Source of the DNA: Patescibacteria group bacterium
Lineage (GTDB): Bacteria > Patescibacteriota > Patescibacteriia > Patescibacteriales > UBA12465
Direction: 5' to 3'
Assembly (NCBI GenBank): GCA_041649315.1
Contig: JBAZNJ010000001.1
Location: forward strand, 5,869 to 69,868
DNA: 64,000 nucleotides
Program-made: the position numbers and the translations under genes
Notes under the pieces: model-generated
Database searches by the model: none
The model's input: the letters and a program-made list of their open reading frames with translations, nothing else
Told to the model about the DNA's origin: nothing
In this document: positions 9,760 through 19,448 of the stretch, piece by piece
How the letters are laid out: each line of letters begins with the position of its first letter
Position numbering within the stretch: the stretch's first letter is position 1

Positions 9760-10794
9760 TTAGTCAATACCTGAAGAATCTTTAAAAATCCGATAGGCCA
9801 GGGAGTAATTTTTAAGATTAAATTGCTCTAATATAAGCGAAAAAATAAATATAAATAAAATTCTGATTATAATAACGCTCTGGCTCACTAAATTTTGACT
9901 TTTCCAGTGTTTAACATAAATTAGTAATTCGCTCAAGTGCGACCAGGAACGAACCTGGCGGCTTTTTTTAAAACGATCTTGAAGCGCTCGGAATAATCCG
10001 CGCCCGGAAGAGGCCGCCGTCCGATCGTGATAAATTAACGCGGTCGAAACAAGACGGGCAACGCCGCCGATACGATTAAGACGCAGGGCCAAATCGCAAT
10101 CCTCGCGATACATGAAAAATCTTTCATCAAAATATTGTCCTTTTTCTTTTATTTTTTCTAAAGCGCTAAGCCGGAAAAGTCCAGCCGCCCCGGAAGCGGA
10201 TATAATCTTCCCCGGCGCTAAGTGGTCATACTGACCTTCATCTTTCTCACCCTGGCCGAGATCTTTAAAGCGCAGGCCAATTTTCTGAATCAGGCCGCAA
10301 GAATCGATTATCTCGGTTCGCTGGTGGCCGGCAAAATCCCAGCGTCGGATTTTCGGCACGGCCACGGCTAATTCTTGGCTATCCGGACAATCGCTCGGAC
10401 TATCTTTCCGGACTTTCTCGACCTCCATGGCCTTAACTAATTCTGAAATTGTTGCCGCGTCCAAGACCGTATCCGGATTTATCATAAAAAAATAACACGC
10501 GCCGTCCCGGACTGCCTGCTCAATCAAACGGTTATAGGCCCGACCGAAACCTTGGTTAATCCCATCCGCGGCCCGCTGATATTCAATCTTTAAACCAAGA
10601 GCCGAATTTTCGCGATTAAATCGATCAATTATTAATTCATTACTCTTATCGTTAAGCGGACTATTATCAAAAGCGTAAATCCGATACTCGCTCGTCGGTA
10701 AAAACTTTAAAGCGGCCCGCAAGCTCGGCAAAAACTCCGCCAGATATTGGGCGCTATTTTCTTTATAAAGAATAAATCCGACTGCTAATTCCAT
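9760..10794 (-). CDS. glycosyltransferase family 2 (rhamnosyltransferase-like)
   Basis: GT-A features: YAFDNSP, GFGRAYN, SGAAGLFRLSAL, FFMYREDCDLALRL. It sits directly upstream of rmlA and rmlD. Confidence 0.8.
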   Translation of the reverse strand: MELAVGFILYKENSAQYLAEFLPSLRAALKFLPTSEYRIYAFDNSPLNDKSNELIIDRFNRENSALGLKIEYQRAADGINQGFGRAYNRLIEQAVRDGACYFFMINPDTVLDAATISELVKAMEVEKVRKDSPSDCPDSQELAVAVPKIRRWDFAGHQRTEIIDSCGLIQKIGLRFKDLGQGEKDEGQYDHLAPGKIISASGAAGLFRLSALEKIKEKGQYFDERFFMYREDCDLALRLNRIGGVARLVSTALIYHDRTAASSGRGLFRALQDRFKKSRQVRSWSHLSELLIYVKHWKSQNLVSQSVIIIRILFIFIFSLILEQFNLKNYSLAYRIFKDSSGID

Positions 10795-10795
10795 A

Positions 10796-11521
10796 TTAAA
10801 TTACCATCTTATCCGCCAATTTTTCTTTGGCGAAATTCTGGGCCTTAAGTAAGCTATCAAAAGTCCCGGCGTCAAGCCACTCTCCATTAATTAATCCGAC
10901 CTCAAGCTCTCCTTTATCTAAATACCAGTTGTTAACATCAACGATTTCTAGTTCCCCGCGGGCGCTCGGCTTGATTCCTTTAGCGATTTCTACGACCCGC
11001 TTGTCATAAATATAAAGCCCAGTCACGGCGTAATCGCTTAAATATTCCTTGGGCTTTTCAACAATCTTTTCCGCCCGCATTTTTTCATCAAACTTAACGA
11101 CGCCAAAGCGTTCCGGATCCGATACTCGCTTAGCGAAAACTTTCGCGCCGCCCTTAAAGCTTCTTATCTCTTCCGCCAAATCGTCCTCAAAAATATTGTC
11201 GCCCAAAATCATGGCCACATCCTCCTGGTCAATAAAATTTTCGCCGATAATAAAGGCCTGGGCCAATCCCTCTGGATGATCCTGGATTTCATAGGTAAAC
11301 TTGACTCCAAATTCCTTCCCTGAACCGAGCAGATTAAGATAATCACCGGCCCGTTCCGGCGCCACGATAATTAAAATTTCCTTAATACCCGCTTTAATCA
11401 AAGTATTAAGCGGATAATAAATCATCGGCCGGTTATAAATCGGCAATAATTGCTTGCTAGTAATTTTTGTTAGCGGCCGGAGCCGGGTACCCGAGCCGCC
11501 GGATAAAATAATTCCACGCAT
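10796..11521 (-). CDS. rmlA: glucose-1-phosphate thymidylyltransferase-type sugar nucleotidyltransferase (short form)
   Basis: N-terminus MRGIILSGGSGTRLRPLTKITSKQLLPIYNRPMIYYPL carries the G-x-G-T-R-L signature. Confidence 0.85.
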   Translation of the reverse strand: MRGIILSGGSGTRLRPLTKITSKQLLPIYNRPMIYYPLNTLIKAGIKEILIIVAPERAGDYLNLLGSGKEFGVKFTYEIQDHPEGLAQAFIIGENFIDQEDVAMILGDNIFEDDLAEEIRSFKGGAKVFAKRVSDPERFGVVKFDEKMRAEKIVEKPKEYLSDYAVTGLYIYDKRVVEIAKGIKPSARGELEIVDVNNWYLDKGELEVGLINGEWLDAGTFDSLLKAQNFAKEKLADKMVI

Positions 11522-11613
11522 AATATTTTGATGATTAAACTTATGATTAATAATTTATAAAATTTACCAAAATATGGAAACTCAAGACAAAACCGACATT
11601 CGGCGACAGTCCC

Positions 11614-12513
11614 TTATAGTCCTAACTCCAAATATTCTTTCAAGGCCGCTTTCCAGGGTCGCAATTTCCGGGCCTTAGTATTTTTTAAAACCGAAAACTT
11701 CGGCCGCCGAGCCGGACGGGACAAATCCTCGCTCCGAACCGCGCGCAGATTGACCTTTATTTTCTTTAAACGAAAAAGTTCTTCCGCCGCCTCATACCAG
11801 GTTGCCGCTCCGTCGTTTATTAGATGATAAAGACCAAAGGGCATCTGTGTTTCAACCAGCCCTAAAGTCGCAACCGCCAAATCCGGCGTATAAGTAAAAC
11901 AACTCATCTCTTCATTAACAACATTAATTCCCTCCTCATTAATTTTCTCATCATTAGCTCCCTTATCCGCCGCCAAGTCAAACATAATATCAAAAAAGCT
12001 CGGCTTGACGCTCGGCGAAGCGCCGCGCGGCCCGAATAATTTCGAAGTCCGAACCAGATAATATTTTAAACCGCGCCCGGCGCGCCGAAGAATTTCTCGC
12101 TCACCCTGGAATTTACTCTCTCCATATTTATTAACCGGATTCGGCGTGTCGCTTTCCTTAAATTCCGACCGTTCGCTCGTGCCATTAAAAACATAATCCG
12201 TTGAATAATGAACTAAAATCGCGTCTAAAGCTAAGGCGATATCCGCTAAAACCCCGGGTAAATCTCGATTAAGCGCTAAGGCCGCCCGGTATCCATCTTC
12301 TGTTTCACAGTTATCAACCGCGTTATAAGCGGCGGCGTTAACGATTAAATCTGGCGCTAATTCCATTATTCTTTCCTCTAACAAAGAGAAATTTAAAAAA
12401 TCAAGCTCTTCCCGATCCCAAGAAAAAACTTCCCGATCTCTTTTATCTTCAGAAAATACTCTAATCAATTGAGAGCCGAGATTGCCCCGGCCGCCTAAAA
12501 TAAGGATTCGCAT
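11614..12513 (-). CDS. rmlD: dTDP-4-dehydrorhamnose reductase
   Basis: MRILILGGRGNLGSQL Rossmann N-terminus and YSTDYVFNG catalytic region, both typical of RmlD. Confidence 0.85.
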   Translation of the reverse strand: MRILILGGRGNLGSQLIRVFSEDKRDREVFSWDREELDFLNFSLLEERIMELAPDLIVNAAAYNAVDNCETEDGYRAALALNRDLPGVLADIALALDAILVHYSTDYVFNGTSERSEFKESDTPNPVNKYGESKFQGEREILRRAGRGLKYYLVRTSKLFGPRGASPSVKPSFFDIMFDLAADKGANDEKINEEGINVVNEEMSCFTYTPDLAVATLGLVETQMPFGLYHLINDGAATWYEAAEELFRLKKIKVNLRAVRSEDLSRPARRPKFSVLKNTKARKLRPWKAALKEYLELGL

Positions 12514-12537
12514 ATATCCTTAAGTATAATAGAGGCA

Positions 12538-12566
12538 TTGACAAAAAGCAAGGAAATATATATATT
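12538..12566 (+). promoter_or_regulatory. sigma-70-type promoter for 12603..13727
   Basis: TTGACA (12538..12543), 17 nt, then TATATT (12561..12566), about 37 nt upstream of the ATG. Confidence 0.4.
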
Positions 12567-12602
12567 TAAAAGAATTAATTTGTCATTTTAAAACTAAATA
12601 TA

Positions 12603-13727
12603 ATGGAAAAGATAAAAAAATTATACTTTCGTTACCGTTTGTTAACTAAGCGGGGACGACTTGGACAGTGGCTAATCAAAAATAAAATCGCTACGGCTAA
12701 GAAAGATTGGCGTGAAGCTTTTTATGAATCCTGGCAAACCTGGCAGGATACGGAAAAAATCCATTGCTTAAAAAAGGACATTCAAAGAGTACCTGACGAA
12801 ATAGAATCAGCCGAAGAAGCTGATTGGATATTATCTTTATATAGCTGCGCGCCGCCGCACTGGCGACCGGAAATCTGGCAGGATATTTTAAATCCGGAGC
12901 GTCCACCAGCCTGGTTCAAAGAACTTTATTGGACCGGGGCTTCTAATGGTCTAACCTTAAAAGAAGTAAAGGAACTATTAGAAACTTGGCGCGAATCAAG
13001 CCGAAGATTCATTGATAAAATTGATAGCCCAGATGTTCTTCTAAATTATTGCGAAGAATTAGCCGAAGAATATCCGGGGAAAGCGAAACTTAAAGCTTCT
13101 TTCGATATTGCTTCGCTGGACTGGAAACCAGAACATCTTATCGAGGTATACAAACGAATATGCGCTCCCTGGTTCTTATCTCTCCCGGCTTGTAAAAAAA
13201 TAATTTCTTTGCTTAAAACAAGTAAAGAAATTGCGGATAATATTGAATTAATGGGCGGAGAAATTTCGCGGGGACAAAGCGACCATCACTTTAATTCTTT
13301 TAAAGATAACGATAGAATCCAGGAATTGAAAAAATTCTGGTATCATCTATCTTTAAAAAGATTAGAGAGGTCTGAAAATATCCGCGAAGCGCAACAAGCG
13401 CTAAAAAAAGCGCCTATGGATATTTTAAAAGAAAATCCAAAAATAGTTAGGAAATTGATCATCTTAGCTAAAAATTATTCGAATAGCAAATTTGTTTATG
13501 ATATTATTTGGCGGGATTTCGGGCCGGACAAAATTGAAACCCATTTAGCTCTCGCTAAATGGTCGCCCTTCCTCTTAAATAAAATATTCAACCGGCAAAT
13601 TCCCTTATCAAAAATGGAAAAAATCTGGGAATCTCTGCCGGCTGGACGGACTAGAGAGCTCATCTTTGAGCTCATCCAGCGTGAATATTTTCGAAATAAA
13701 AAAACGGCCGATAAGCCAGGCGAATAA
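12603..13727 (+). CDS. hypothetical protein (Trp-rich, helical; no recognisable domain)
   Basis: 374-aa ORF with an ATG start. It has its own promoter-like element and is followed by a strong terminator. It is one of very few plus-strand genes. Confidence 0.7.
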   Translation: MEKIKKLYFRYRLLTKRGRLGQWLIKNKIATAKKDWREAFYESWQTWQDTEKIHCLKKDIQRVPDEIESAEEADWILSLYSCAPPHWRPEIWQDILNPERPPAWFKELYWTGASNGLTLKEVKELLETWRESSRRFIDKIDSPDVLLNYCEELAEEYPGKAKLKASFDIASLDWKPEHLIEVYKRICAPWFLSLPACKKIISLLKTSKEIADNIELMGGEISRGQSDHHFNSFKDNDRIQELKKFWYHLSLKRLERSENIREAQQALKKAPMDILKENPKIVRKLIILAKNYSNSKFVYDIIWRDFGPDKIETHLALAKWSPFLLNKIFNRQIPLSKMEKIWESLPAGRTRELIFELIQREYFRNKKTADKPGE

Positions 13728-13754
13728 AATCGCGGGTCCAAGGCCTTAAAAATA

Positions 13755-13785
13755 AAAAACCCTGTTTATCTAAAACAGGGTTTTT
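13755..13785. terminator. bidirectional rho-independent terminator
   Basis: Perfect 13-bp stem aaaaaccctgttt / aaacagggttttt (13755..13767 and 13773..13785) with loop atcta. It has an A-run on one side and a T-run on the other, and lies between convergent genes. Confidence 0.75.
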
Positions 13786-13792
13786 CTTTAGA

Positions 13793-13960
13793 TTAGGCCG
13801 CTATGTCTTGTAAGCGGATCAAGCGAAGCTCAATCTGTTCAATGGACTTCAGCAACCTAATATTTTCTCTTTCGGCTTCAATAGCATCAACAATCATTTG
13901 ATACATGAAGCCGATAACCAACACTTTGCCGATTATTCTTAAAATTTTTTCTTTTCTCAT
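13793..13960 (-). CDS. possible small protein (55 aa), below the ORF-track cutoff
   Basis: Manual translation: MRKEKILRIIGKVLVIGFMYQMIVDAIEAERENIRLLKSIEQIELRLIRLQDIAA*. It lies between the murF stop and the terminator. No homology was recognised. Confidence 0.3.
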   Translation of the reverse strand: MRKEKILRIIGKVLVIGFMYQMIVDAIEAERENIRLLKSIEQIELRLIRLQDIAA

Positions 13961-14004
13961 GGCTGATTATTTTTAAAATGAACAAAATTATTTAAATTAT
14001 CTAA

Positions 14005-15288
14005 TTATTCCCATTCCTTTCCTTGCCGGACCAATAATTCTTTAGCCCTTTCTGGTTCGGCCATTATCTCTTTAACCACTTTTTCCATCCGTGCGCCCTG
14101 CGACCCTTTAATCAAAATTACGTCGCCGGCTTTAATCCGATTCTGTAAAAATTTTCCCGCTTCTTCCGGCCGATCAAAACAAAATAAAACCGCATCATCC
14201 AATCCGGCCTCGGCCGCACCCCGGACAATATCGCGCGCCCGTTCGCCGACCGCAATCAAACAATTAATTCCGGCCCGCGCCACCTTTTCTCCGACTAAAC
14301 GATGTCCCTCTTCCGTATAAGCACCAAGTTCAAGCATGTCACCGAGAACCGCATATTTTAAAGCCGGCTCCTCAATTTTAAAATCACCTAAAGTTTTTAA
14401 AGCCGCACCGGACGCTTCCGGCGAAGAATTATAAGTATCATCAATAATAAAAGAATTTTTCAAGCCCGGCAAAAGTTTCATCCGTCCGGCCGGCAAAGAA
14501 AAATCTTTTAAGGATCGGGCGATTTCCACTAAATTGCGTTCAAATAAAATACCGACCGCCGCCGCCGCCAAGGCCGCGTAAACTGCGGTCTCAGACATAA
14601 CATTATCCATAAAAACCGGCACGACCGAACCTTTATAATTCAATTTAAAATTTAAACCATTAAATTCATAATTCCCCTTTGTGCCGTTATAAACAATATC
14701 CTGGGCCCGAAGGTCCGCCCCTTCGTCCAAACCATAAGTTAAAGTCCGAACTCGGCTATCCGCCGCCATCTCCCGCGTCGCCTCATTATCATAATTCAAG
14801 ATTGCCGTACCTTCCGGCTCTATTTTTTTAATTAAAACCTGTTTTTCTTTTTTAATATTTATAAGTTCACCGAAATATTCTAGATGCGAATAGCTCACCG
14901 CGGTCACTATCCCGATCTGCGGCGGCGCGATGGCCGTCAAATATTCCATATCGCCCGGCCGATCAACGCCCATCTCTAAAATTAAAACCCGAGGATAATT
15001 CTTGTCTTTAAAAAATAATAAACGGCCGGCGCGGGCAAAAACTTTAAGCCAACCAAAAATATCTCGTCCGGCCGAAGACGCGCCGATTATCGTAAGGGGC
15101 AAACCGATTTCATTATTATAATTCTTCTCGCTCATCCGGACCGACACTGTATCACGCAAAACCGCGGCAACCGCTTCTTTCGCGCTGGTCTTGCCTAAAG
15201 AACCGGTAATGCCGATAATTGTCGGCTGATATTTTTTCAAAATCAGCTTAGCCAGGGTCTTTAATTTTAATTGCAATATTTTGCGCAT
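14005..15288 (-). CDS. murF: UDP-N-acetylmuramoyl-tripeptide--D-alanyl-D-alanine ligase
   Basis: Mur ligase P-loop GITGSLGKTSAKE, with MurF-like overall length and position after ftsI. Confidence 0.9.
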   Translation of the reverse strand: MRKILQLKLKTLAKLILKKYQPTIIGITGSLGKTSAKEAVAAVLRDTVSVRMSEKNYNNEIGLPLTIIGASSAGRDIFGWLKVFARAGRLLFFKDKNYPRVLILEMGVDRPGDMEYLTAIAPPQIGIVTAVSYSHLEYFGELINIKKEKQVLIKKIEPEGTAILNYDNEATREMAADSRVRTLTYGLDEGADLRAQDIVYNGTKGNYEFNGLNFKLNYKGSVVPVFMDNVMSETAVYAALAAAAVGILFERNLVEIARSLKDFSLPAGRMKLLPGLKNSFIIDDTYNSSPEASGAALKTLGDFKIEEPALKYAVLGDMLELGAYTEEGHRLVGEKVARAGINCLIAVGERARDIVRGAAEAGLDDAVLFCFDRPEEAGKFLQNRIKAGDVILIKGSQGARMEKVVKEIMAEPERAKELLVRQGKEWE

Positions 15289-15290
15289 AA

Positions 15291-17276
15291 TTATTTTCTG
15301 GTTTTCGGCACTTGATAATATTTCAAGATGAAATCAGCGATGTCCTTCCAAAGCGGCACAACCGAACCCTCAGCGTACTGGACGTCTTTCGGATTATCAA
15401 TTTTCGTAAGCATTACGAAAGCCGGCTCATCAATCGGAGCAATGCCGATGAAAGTATGGATATAATTATCCGAACTATAACCGCCCGAAGTCGCGACCTG
15501 AGCCGTTCCAGTTTTCCCGCCGATATAATAACCCTCAATATAGGCCTTTTGCGAATGACCGCGCTCAACGACATTAACCAACATGGCGGAAATCGTGGCC
15601 GCGGTTTTTTCACTAATTACCTGCTTAACCGCCTGCGGCGCAACCTCTTCCCGTTCTTCGCCACGGACAATCGCTTTAACCACATAGGGTTTCATCATCA
15701 AACCGCGGTTGGCAATCGCCTGGTAAGGCATGATCATCTGCAGCGGAGTAACGGCGATTCCTTGACCGAAAGAGGCGGTCGCGGCATCAATTTCCTTTAC
15801 TTTTGTTTTTAAAAGATTGCCGATATTCCCGGCACTTTCCGAACCGAATTCAAGGCCGATTTTTTCTCCAAACCCAAAATCTCTAACATAGTCGGCAAAG
15901 ATTTTAGCGCCGACCTGGCGCATGGCGAAAATTGCGCCGGTATTCAAAGAATTTTCCAAAACCGAATTCATGTCCACGACCCCGTGCGGACCATGCGTGG
16001 AAAAATCCGAATTCTTAATCGGCTTATTCCAACCGCTAATCATAATCTGACCTTGATCCTCGTAAGTCGTTGACGGCGATACTTTCCCTTGGTCTAAAGC
16101 GATAGCCATGGTCACCGTCTTAAAAACCGACCCCGGCTCGTACTGATAAAGCAAGGCCGGATTATTATAAACGCTAATATCTTTAACCTCTTTATAATTA
16201 TTAGGATCAAAATCCGGCACCGAACACATAGCGATTATCGCCCCAGTCCTAGGATCAAGCACGATTACTGTCCCGCCGTCTGCGCCGTGCTTCTTAACTG
16301 CTTCTTTTAATTTTTGACAGGCGACCGATTCAATATTGCGATCAATTGTCAAAATTAAATCCGCACCGTTTTCCGGCTCAATATATTCCCGATTATTAAC
16401 GATTATACTACCGCCACCGCCCTTTTCTGATTTTAAAGATCCGTACTGACCGAAAAGCTCGGTATTAAAAAATTCTTCTAAGCCATATTTGCCGGCTTCC
16501 TCATTTTCCGCGTAACTGACAAAGCCGAGAAGATGCGCGCCGTCAGCCGTTTCCGGATAATAACGGAATTTCCGGATATCAAAACCTAAACCGGGAATTT
16601 TTACTTCCGATCCGGCGGACACGCCGAGAGCTTCCGCCGCCATTTCTTTATAAACAACTTTATCAACTTTTAATTCCAGGTCCGTCGCCGCAATCGGCGT
16701 CGAAGTCGCCGAGGATAAAAAAGCAAACAACTCTAGTAAAACGCCGGTCTCTATTTTCTTGTTTTCTAAAGGTTCATAAACATCACCCGGCTTATCCAAA
16801 CGTTTTAAATAAGTAGCGAGCACCGCTTCCTTGGTGCTGGTCGCAACCATAATTTCCGAAGAAGAAGCCGCACTTAAAGTCCCGAGCTTCTCCGCCTCCT
16901 GCCTTAATTCTTCTTCTAAAACAGGCCGCTCAAAAAAATCATATAATTTTTCCGCCAAGGCCGGCGGGTCAACCACATCTTTCGGTACAGCGTAAAGCAC
17001 GGCAAAATCTTTATTAGTCGCCGCCGGATAATTTTTTTCCTCGCCGTTAACTTCGCCGGTAAAAAAAATCCGGCCGCGTTCCGGCTTTAAACGGCTCTCA
17101 ACTTCATGCTGGCTCGCCGCCATTGCCGTATAAAGGTCGCATTGCCGTATTTGAATAGCGAATAATTTATAAATCAAAGCCCCGCTTAATAAAAAAACAA
17201 TCGCGACGATTAAACGCCAGCGACCGCCGCTAATCTTAATTTTTTCCGCTTCTGCTTTTCTTTTATTATGCCACAT
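15291..17276 (-). CDS. ftsI: penicillin-binding protein 2/3-type peptidoglycan D,D-transpeptidase
   Basis: N-terminal TM, SxxK (GSVFK), a later SxN-like region and KTGT (GGKTGTA). It is in dcw context. Confidence 0.9.
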   Translation of the reverse strand: MWHNKRKAEAEKIKISGGRWRLIVAIVFLLSGALIYKLFAIQIRQCDLYTAMAASQHEVESRLKPERGRIFFTGEVNGEEKNYPAATNKDFAVLYAVPKDVVDPPALAEKLYDFFERPVLEEELRQEAEKLGTLSAASSSEIMVATSTKEAVLATYLKRLDKPGDVYEPLENKKIETGVLLELFAFLSSATSTPIAATDLELKVDKVVYKEMAAEALGVSAGSEVKIPGLGFDIRKFRYYPETADGAHLLGFVSYAENEEAGKYGLEEFFNTELFGQYGSLKSEKGGGGSIIVNNREYIEPENGADLILTIDRNIESVACQKLKEAVKKHGADGGTVIVLDPRTGAIIAMCSVPDFDPNNYKEVKDISVYNNPALLYQYEPGSVFKTVTMAIALDQGKVSPSTTYEDQGQIMISGWNKPIKNSDFSTHGPHGVVDMNSVLENSLNTGAIFAMRQVGAKIFADYVRDFGFGEKIGLEFGSESAGNIGNLLKTKVKEIDAATASFGQGIAVTPLQMIMPYQAIANRGLMMKPYVVKAIVRGEEREEVAPQAVKQVISEKTAATISAMLVNVVERGHSQKAYIEGYYIGGKTGTAQVATSGGYSSDNYIHTFIGIAPIDEPAFVMLTKIDNPKDVQYAEGSVVPLWKDIADFILKYYQVPKTRK

Positions 17277-17359
17277 AATCCTGAATTTTTACCCTGATTT
17301 ATCCTTTTCCTCCCGATGCCAAATTTTTTCGCCTCGGCTACTTTCGGGCGACATCCCTA

Positions 17360-17701
17360 TTATTTCCGAGCGACATCCGAACGATTGACTGCTAAATATT
17401 CTACATTATCAATTGCGACCATATTTAATTTCGCAGTGCGCTCGTTTAAAGAATAATAGGATTGGATAATATTAACTTTTTCTTCATTACTCGCTTTTTC
17501 TCCGGATAAATAAGCGGCCTCCGCTTTTAATTCCTGGAGCGCAAAACCCTGGACAGTCAAGTCATTAATATCAACTAAATAGACGGCGCCCAAAATCGCA
17601 ATCAAGGAAAACAAAACGATATTGAATTTTTTTAAGTTAAGGCGCTTTTTCGGGCCGGACGTCTTAAACGGCACGGCGCGGGAATTAACAATCTTGGTCA
17701 T
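17360..17701 (-). CDS. ftsL: FtsL-like small bitopic cell-division protein
   Basis: 113 aa with a single TM (FNIVLFSLIAILGAVYLV) followed by a coiled segment. It occupies the canonical slot between rsmH and ftsI. Confidence 0.6.
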   Translation of the reverse strand: MTKIVNSRAVPFKTSGPKKRLNLKKFNIVLFSLIAILGAVYLVDINDLTVQGFALQELKAEAAYLSGEKASNEEKVNIIQSYYSLNERTAKLNMVAIDNVEYLAVNRSDVARK

Positions 17702-17739
17702 AAGAGATGGAATGAAGTTTAGTTATCTTAATTTAAAAA

Positions 17740-18687
17740 TTATCTTTTTTGCGCGGCCCGGAACTTAGCGCTCCGAGCGCGGGGGTTAGCATCTATCTCA
17801 ACGGTATCCGGAACTAAGGGCTTCTTGGTTAAAATTTCCAGATCTTCATTCTCCTTAAAAAATCTTTTAACAATCCGGTCTTCGCCGCTATGGAAAGAAA
17901 CAACTACCAGGCGTCCGCCTTTGTCCAACAAGGAAACAGCGACCGGTAAGACGGCAGATAGCGCCGCCAATTCCCCGTTGGTTTCCATCCGCAAGGCCTG
18001 AAAAACTTTGGTTGCCGGATGAATTCGGGAATGGAAACGGAAAGGAACATTGTGCTCGATAATCGCGGTGAGATCAGCCGTCGTCCGAATCGCTTTCTGC
18101 CGGCGCGCGGCCACGATTGCTTTCGCTAATTGATAAGCCCGACGCTCTTCCCCATATTCCCGGAAAATTCTAGTGAGCTCTAACAGCGGATACCTATTAA
18201 CGATTTCAACCGTTGAAAGTCGGTTTGTATTTGCATCCACATCTGCGTCTACAGCTACCTCCGTGTCTGAATCCACGCCTGAAGCGTTCGGACCGAAAGC
18301 CATATCTAGCGGCCGTTCGCCTTTAAAGGAGAAGCCCCTGGCTTCATCCGCGAGCTGTGCAGAAGACAAGCCGAGATCAAAAACAATTCCCTGAAAGCGA
18401 GTAGCGGCCGAAAAATTATCCGCCGCAATCTTTTTTAAATTTTTAAAATTATCTTGAACTAAAACAATATTTTTTAATTTCCGCAAAGCGATTTCCCGGG
18501 TAGCATTCTTGATTGCCAATTCATCCAGATCAATCCCCAAAATTTTCCCTTTCGGCCCGACGGCCGCGGCCATCGCTAAAGTATATCCAGCGCCACCCAA
18601 AGTACAATCAATGTATTTCCCGCCTGGACGGAGCGCTAAATATTCAAGCGCTTCCTTAAGCATCACCGGCGCGTGGGAATATTCCAT
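17740..18687 (-). CDS. rsmH: 16S rRNA (cytosine1402-N4)-methyltransferase
   Basis: MEYSHAPVMLKEALEYL...YIDCTLGGAGYT and SFHSGEDRIVK are RsmH/MraW signatures. Confidence 0.92.
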   Translation of the reverse strand: MEYSHAPVMLKEALEYLALRPGGKYIDCTLGGAGYTLAMAAAVGPKGKILGIDLDELAIKNATREIALRKLKNIVLVQDNFKNLKKIAADNFSAATRFQGIVFDLGLSSAQLADEARGFSFKGERPLDMAFGPNASGVDSDTEVAVDADVDANTNRLSTVEIVNRYPLLELTRIFREYGEERRAYQLAKAIVAARRQKAIRTTADLTAIIEHNVPFRFHSRIHPATKVFQALRMETNGELAALSAVLPVAVSLLDKGGRLVVVSFHSGEDRIVKRFFKENEDLEILTKKPLVPDTVEIDANPRARSAKFRAAQKR

Positions 18688-18697
18688 AGTGGAGAAA

Positions 18698-19129
18698 TTA
18701 GATTCCTAAATCGCCTAATTCTTCCGCAATCGCATTGCTATTCTTTTCCGCTTCGCCTTTATACTTATTCCAAGCCGCTTCATCCCAGATTTCCAGATGA
18801 TTATACAAGCCGGCAATGATTACGCTTTTTTTTACACTAGAAAATTTCCGCAAGTACTCCGGCAAGGTTACCCGCCCCTGATTATCAAATTCAACATCCA
18901 TAGCCCCGGCCAACATGTGACGGGTAAAAGCCCGAGCCCGCGCTTGGCTAATCGGCAAAGACGCGAACTTCGCGGCAATCTTCTCAAACTGTTCTTTAGA
19001 ATATAAAAACAAACAGTTATCTAGACCCTTGGTAACAACTGCGCCCTTTTTTAAAATAAGACGAAACTTCGCCGGAATGGCGAGCCGTCCTTTATCATCT
19101 AAGTTGTGCTTGTATTCGCCGATGAACAT
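18698..19129 (-). CDS. mraZ: transcriptional regulator MraZ
   Basis: MFIGEYKHNLDDKGRLAIPAKFR and a second DxxGR(V) repeat (FDNQGRVTLPEYL) form the duplicated MraZ/SpoVT-AbrB motif. Confidence 0.92.
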   Translation of the reverse strand: MFIGEYKHNLDDKGRLAIPAKFRLILKKGAVVTKGLDNCLFLYSKEQFEKIAAKFASLPISQARARAFTRHMLAGAMDVEFDNQGRVTLPEYLRKFSSVKKSVIIAGLYNHLEIWDEAAWNKYKGEAEKNSNAIAEELGDLGI

Positions 19130-19261
19130 AATTTAGTAATAATGGAACCGTAACGGCTAAATCTAGAAAGGAAGAAATTTGGATATGATTAAAGTTAGAT
19201 TAATAAATAAAAGTAGAAATTATGGTGATGAGGAGAAGAGCGATGACGACAAGCATATTTC

Positions 19262-19324
19262 ACCACTCTTCCCCACAATTCACCTTACAAATATAATTAT
19301 ACACCACGAAGCCCCAGTGGTCAA
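19262..19324 (-). promoter_or_regulatory. dcw/mraZ promoter with candidate MraZ operator repeats
   Basis: Minus strand: TTGACC (19324..19319), 17 nt, TATAAT (19301..19296). Four (C/G)TGG(G/T) pentamers occur as two 10-bp-phased pairs. CTGGG-N5-GTGGT lies in the spacer. GTGGG-N5-GTGGT lies downstream at 19276..19262. Confidence 0.55.
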
Positions 19325-19340
19325 CACTTAAGTTTAGGCG

Positions 19341-19388
19341 AAAAAAAGCCAAAAAATAAAAGAAAAAGCCACTTTTCAACAAGTAGCT
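19341..19388 (-). terminator. rho-independent terminator after tsaB-like gene
   Basis: Minus strand: AGCTACTT-GTTGAA-AAGTGGCT (one G-U pair) followed by TTTTTCTTTTATTTTTT. Confidence 0.5.
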
Positions 19389-19448
19389 TTTTCTTTTATA
19401 ATAATTTGTTAAAAATGTCTAAAAGTTTTCAACAATTAATACACAGGG

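Noticed and set aside
19185-19331. 48-codon plus-strand ORF (MIKVRLINKSRNYGDEEKSDDDKHISPLF...) preceded by an AGGAAG-like sequence
   Set aside because: It runs antisense through the mraZ promoter and operator, no homology was recognised, and the region is better explained as the dcw regulatory leader.
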